Source: Macrostomum lignano
Taxonomy: Eukaryota
DNA length: 64,000 nt
Direction: 5' to 3'
NCBI GenBank assembly: GCA_002269645.1
Contig: NIVC01001872.1
Location: 1 to 64,000 of the forward strand
Shown piece by piece: positions 60,001 through 64,000 of this stretch. The position numbers were made by a program, and so were the translations under genes. Every line of letters begins with the position of its first letter. Positions within the stretch are counted from its first letter, which is position 1. A model generated the notes under the pieces. That model was not told the origin of the DNA and ran no database searches. It was given only the letters and a program-made list of their open reading frames with translations.

Positions 60001-61400
60001 TGCGTGGAGGCAGTAGGAGATAGAGGACGCTACCCGGCATGTCGCAGCACGCGGCGCGGGACAGAGAGGCAGTGTGTAAGTCACCCCCACAGGGAGAGCT
60101 GCCCTGGCAGGAGGCGCGGGACAGAGAGGCGGTGAATCACACCACACGGAGAGAGCCGTACAGCGAGCTTCCCACCCGAGTCCGGTAAATATTACAGAGT
60201 ATTACGTGCACACGCCAGCCCTGAATACCAAGCCATACTAGTCTACCTGCAGTGCTCCCAGAGGGAAGGGATGGTCAGGAGTTACACACCAAGAATGCAT
60301 TCATACAAAGAGTACACAACTCGAGCCCAGACACCAAGTCACAGTCTACTTACAGTAGAGATGGTAGATTAATAGCAAGATTATATTACAATTAGACCTC
60401 CCTAGCACATGAGGAGTGAAATTCAATAATAATTGAATTCAATAATAATACAACATTTAGACGTAGTAATTTAATTACAAAATACCACTAACACTGAGCC
60501 AACGAATTGTAGGTTACAAAGGAGTTGCCACTCATATGGAAAGCCAGTATAATGCAGGTGTATATTATTAAAACATAGACAAAAACGATGCAGACGTATA
60601 TACACACTATTGATTTTGTACATGTACATTTCGGCATATTACCACACATCGCAGGCACATATTATATATCGGGGGATAGGTTAAAATACACACATCGTAG
60701 ATGTAGAAGCAGACACAATGCAGGAAAATTATGATACGAGTGTACATATTAGTGCGTAAAAGTATCATATTATGACACCCTGTAGCACATATTGACATAA
60801 TGCAGGGGAAAATATTGACAGAAATAGTACACAATTGTAGAGGTAACAACCCGCCAACTAGTAAGGACATCCAGCACTTGTTCAGGTTTTTATTATTTCG
60901 AGACGAGTGTCATGCCCCCGCAAGAGATCTTATCAGAAATTTGTTGAACTCCACTGCAACTCTCCCCAGAGCCTCCAAATGTGAGTTTTTAACCCAGGGT
61001 CGAGTACAAAGGACCCGCCCACTCTTAACCCCAAGGGGTGATCGTAGCGGAGACCAAGTACAGTGCGGACGGAGAGGGGTAACAGAAAGCGCTGCATCAG
61101 ACCGCAGGGCTGCATTCCTCCCCCGAGGTAGGCGCGTCAGCTCCCACTCCTCATTTAACCATCAAGTAAACTAAAGAAGTCAAGCAGAAAGCCTTACAAT
61201 CACCCGCAACCAGCACAAGTAAGAGTACTTTCCACTAGAGAGCCATAGTGCAAGATTCGCGAGCCAAGTTGAAGAAGCACACCAAATTACACTAAAGACA
61301 TATGTATTAAAAAGCATACCGGCACCTCTACAAAAACACAGTATGTACCGATTAAAGTTGCTTTTGGTGCAGTGTATTTAATAAAAAGCAGGTACCTAAC
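57070..61400. other. Unclassified repeat-rich block, purine-rich on the + strand
   Basis: GC-rich start, (gatcccaaatcaatca)x4 at 57253-57325, recurrent gggacagagag, and dispersed duplicates (57610/57725/59935; 59641/60199). Confidence 0.35.
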
Positions 61401-61556
61401 ACAAAAGTAGGCATCAATGCAGTGCACGGACTAAACTGTATTTACAAACGCAGGGCAACGAACTACACACAATGTAGCGCATAGACATAATTGTACGCAT
61501 AAATGTACGCAATTTCCGGTATATAGGACCACATGTACGCAAATGTACACAATGTA

Positions 61557-61565
61557 CACAAACAA

Positions 61566-61635
<70 letters not shown>

Positions 61636-61728
61636 CCAGGCGTATCCTGCAGAGCGCATCCTGCAGCGCCGATCGCCGCAGGCGATGGCGCCATCGGCAG
61701 GAAGCTCTTGCTGTGAATACGCCTGAGG

Positions 61729-61766
<38 letters not shown>
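61557..61766. repeat. (CA)n and (TG)n tracts in inverted orientation around a self-complementary core
   Basis: CA run to 61631, core 61631-61733, TG run 61734-61764. Confidence 0.8.
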
Positions 61767-61768
<2 letters not shown>

Positions 61769-62962
61769 GCACGGGGCATTTGTTGGGCCATACGCGTACA
61801 ACGGGACCCGCACTGTTGGGCCAAAAAAAATGTTGGGACTGACCCATCAAGTCCGTCCAACACTTCCAAAAAACTTACAATAGCAGCTCAAAAAAATACT
61901 CTATGGATTCAGCTCGACAGCCTCTTTTTGATGGTGCAACTCATTTTTAATAATTTTACTTTCTGAGTCCATAATTAAGCAAAAACTGGCGTCCCAATAA
62001 GGAAAAATGATACAAAATTCGACTAAATCACTATTGGGACACTGAAATGGCTAATCTGCTCCCGCATATTTTTATTGGTTTTTTCTCATATTTTTACTAA
62101 TAGTAGATTTCAAGCGCATTCATTTGCTGCAGTCTTTGTTACAAGACGTAAATACATAGCATACATTAAAATACATACAAAGCAAAGCATAGCAAAACAC
62201 TTTTAAGGGTATTTTATTGTCAAAGGATGGTTCTGGATGGAGATAAACCTAAAGAAATGACAAGGGCTTACATGTACTTCTGACTGTGATGGGCATCAGT
62301 ACTCTACACGAACTAAATTGTTAGGACAGTGTTGCAGTGTTGAATACAACAGCCCACTCTTGTTAGGACTCATGCTATTGACTGCTGCGCGCATTCGATA
62401 TTCTATAAATTGTTGGGACTGTGTGCTAGAGTGTCGTTTACAAAAGCCCACTCATATTAGGACTTACCCCGTACATGTTAGGACTAAGCCCTACCCCCCT
62501 GTGTACATGGCTCCAATTTACCAGAGTCCCCTTGCTAGTTAAGTGTACTTTTATTTTGGTCTATTATTGACGCCACCCCGCAAACGTACGGTAAAACTAA
62601 ATTGGCATGTACTCGCTATGCTGAAATCAATGGTCAACTCTGCCTCTGCCATGGCACCCGAGTCACCATGGTATGGAAAGAACAGCATGGAATGGCACAG
62701 CGAGAAACATGTAAGTGGTATTAAAAAACTTTGTCGGAAACAAGAAGCATTTATATTTAAATGCTATAAAAAATACTGCTCCTGCTAAGCAGTACCTACT
62801 TTACTTCAGGTATATCACCTTTGATCAACTGCCATGTGGCGCAATTGCCAAAGGATCCGTCGACTTTAACCAGTAAGCTGTAAAAGCTTTGAGTAAAACT
62901 TGACATTTCGTCTGAATCCATTGACATCAATAGCCTACGTGTCCAACCACAAAAATTATAAG

Positions 62963-64000
62963 TTTTGTACTTTTAACTCTCAGATCGGGTCTTAGCAGAT
63001 TCTATAGCTATGCATGCAAGGGCCCCTCAGAGGAGATGCTTAAACACTGCAGTGCATTTTTCCTAGCAATTATTGGGACACGAAGTGTTGGGCCACTGTG
63101 TGTGTGTGTCTAGTTTTTTCCGCATTTGTTAAGTCACCTAAAGAACTCAATTAATAAAGGGCTCCAGAACAAATTGATGGGCAAACGGATGACACACTGC
63201 ACAGAGACTTGTTGGGACATATTAAAAACAGCTTATTTTAGAATGGGTACACTTTACTAAAGTAGAATGCTCCTACAGAAAGCTGCAAGCAAACTAGCAT
63301 CTTCTGGAGCTGACATGCAGAGAAGAATGATTTTGTCGTCCTTGAAATCACTAAACAGATATGCGAAATCGATCTTTTGCTAATCCCACCACAGGTTCCA
63401 GTGAAAAGAAGAAACGAAACCCATTGACTAAATTGGCAGTCGACTCAATCGATGCCGACTGCAACGGACCTGTCAGCTTCGAACTCAGGAGAGCAGCTAA
63501 TAGTCTACGAGAGTAATGCTAGATGCCAGAATGCTTCACAGCATCAAAGTTTAAAGCAGAAGCTTCAATAAAAGGTTAGTTCATGCTGTGGCTGCATTCG
63601 TTTTCGTGTCTAGAAGCGTTATAACTTTTTGTACTTTTAACTCTCAGATCGGGTCTTAGCAGATTCTATAGCTATGCATGCAAGGGCCCCTCAGAGGAGA
63701 TGCTTAAACACTGCAGTGCATTTTTCCTAGCAATTATTGGGACACGAAGTGTTGGGCCACTGTGTGTGTGTGTCTAGTTTTTTCCGCATTTGTTAAGTCA
63801 CCTAAAGAACTCAATTAATAAAGGGCTCCAGAACAAATTGATGGGCAAACGGATGACACACTGCACAGAGACTTGTTGGGACATATTAAAAACAGCTTAT
63901 TTTAGAATGGGTACACTTTACTAAAGTAGAATGCTCCTACAGAAAGCTGCAAGCAAACTAGCATCTTCTGGAGCTGACATGCAGAGAAGAATGATTTTGT
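62963..64000. repeat. Direct repeat with a 664-bp period
   Basis: About 62963-63336 recurs, apparently identically, from 63627 to the window end. Confidence 0.85.

Overview
Eukaryotic (animal) genomic DNA with GC-rich spliceosomal exons, GT-AG introns and introns filled with minisatellites. The style suggests a free-living flatworm such as Macrostomum, which is inference only. Host genes reconstructed by hand: an intronless PDZ+3xLIM gene with a 1-nt frameshift, a 7-exon LRRC72, CLINT1/epsinR head-to-head with it, and an intronless GINS3/PSF3. From 30.6 to 56.1 kb lies a tandem cluster of modular ankyrin-repeat/STE-like kinase genes. One ankyrin exon type is nearly invariant, while the other varies mainly at the ligand-binding positions. 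Mobile elements: an internally deleted Tc1, a tRNA-derived SINE, a hAT-type MITE, an intact DD34D mariner, four Gypsy remnants (one CpG-free over about 2 kb) and a Penelope-like element (PLE) between two (GA)n tracts. The PLE reading frame starts with an AlkB-like dioxygenase fragment and is interrupted by a 424-bp foldback carrying two hammerhead ribozyme motifs. The last 7 kb is unexplained repetitive DNA. All exon structures, repeat counts and motif calls were read by eye, and no searches were run.
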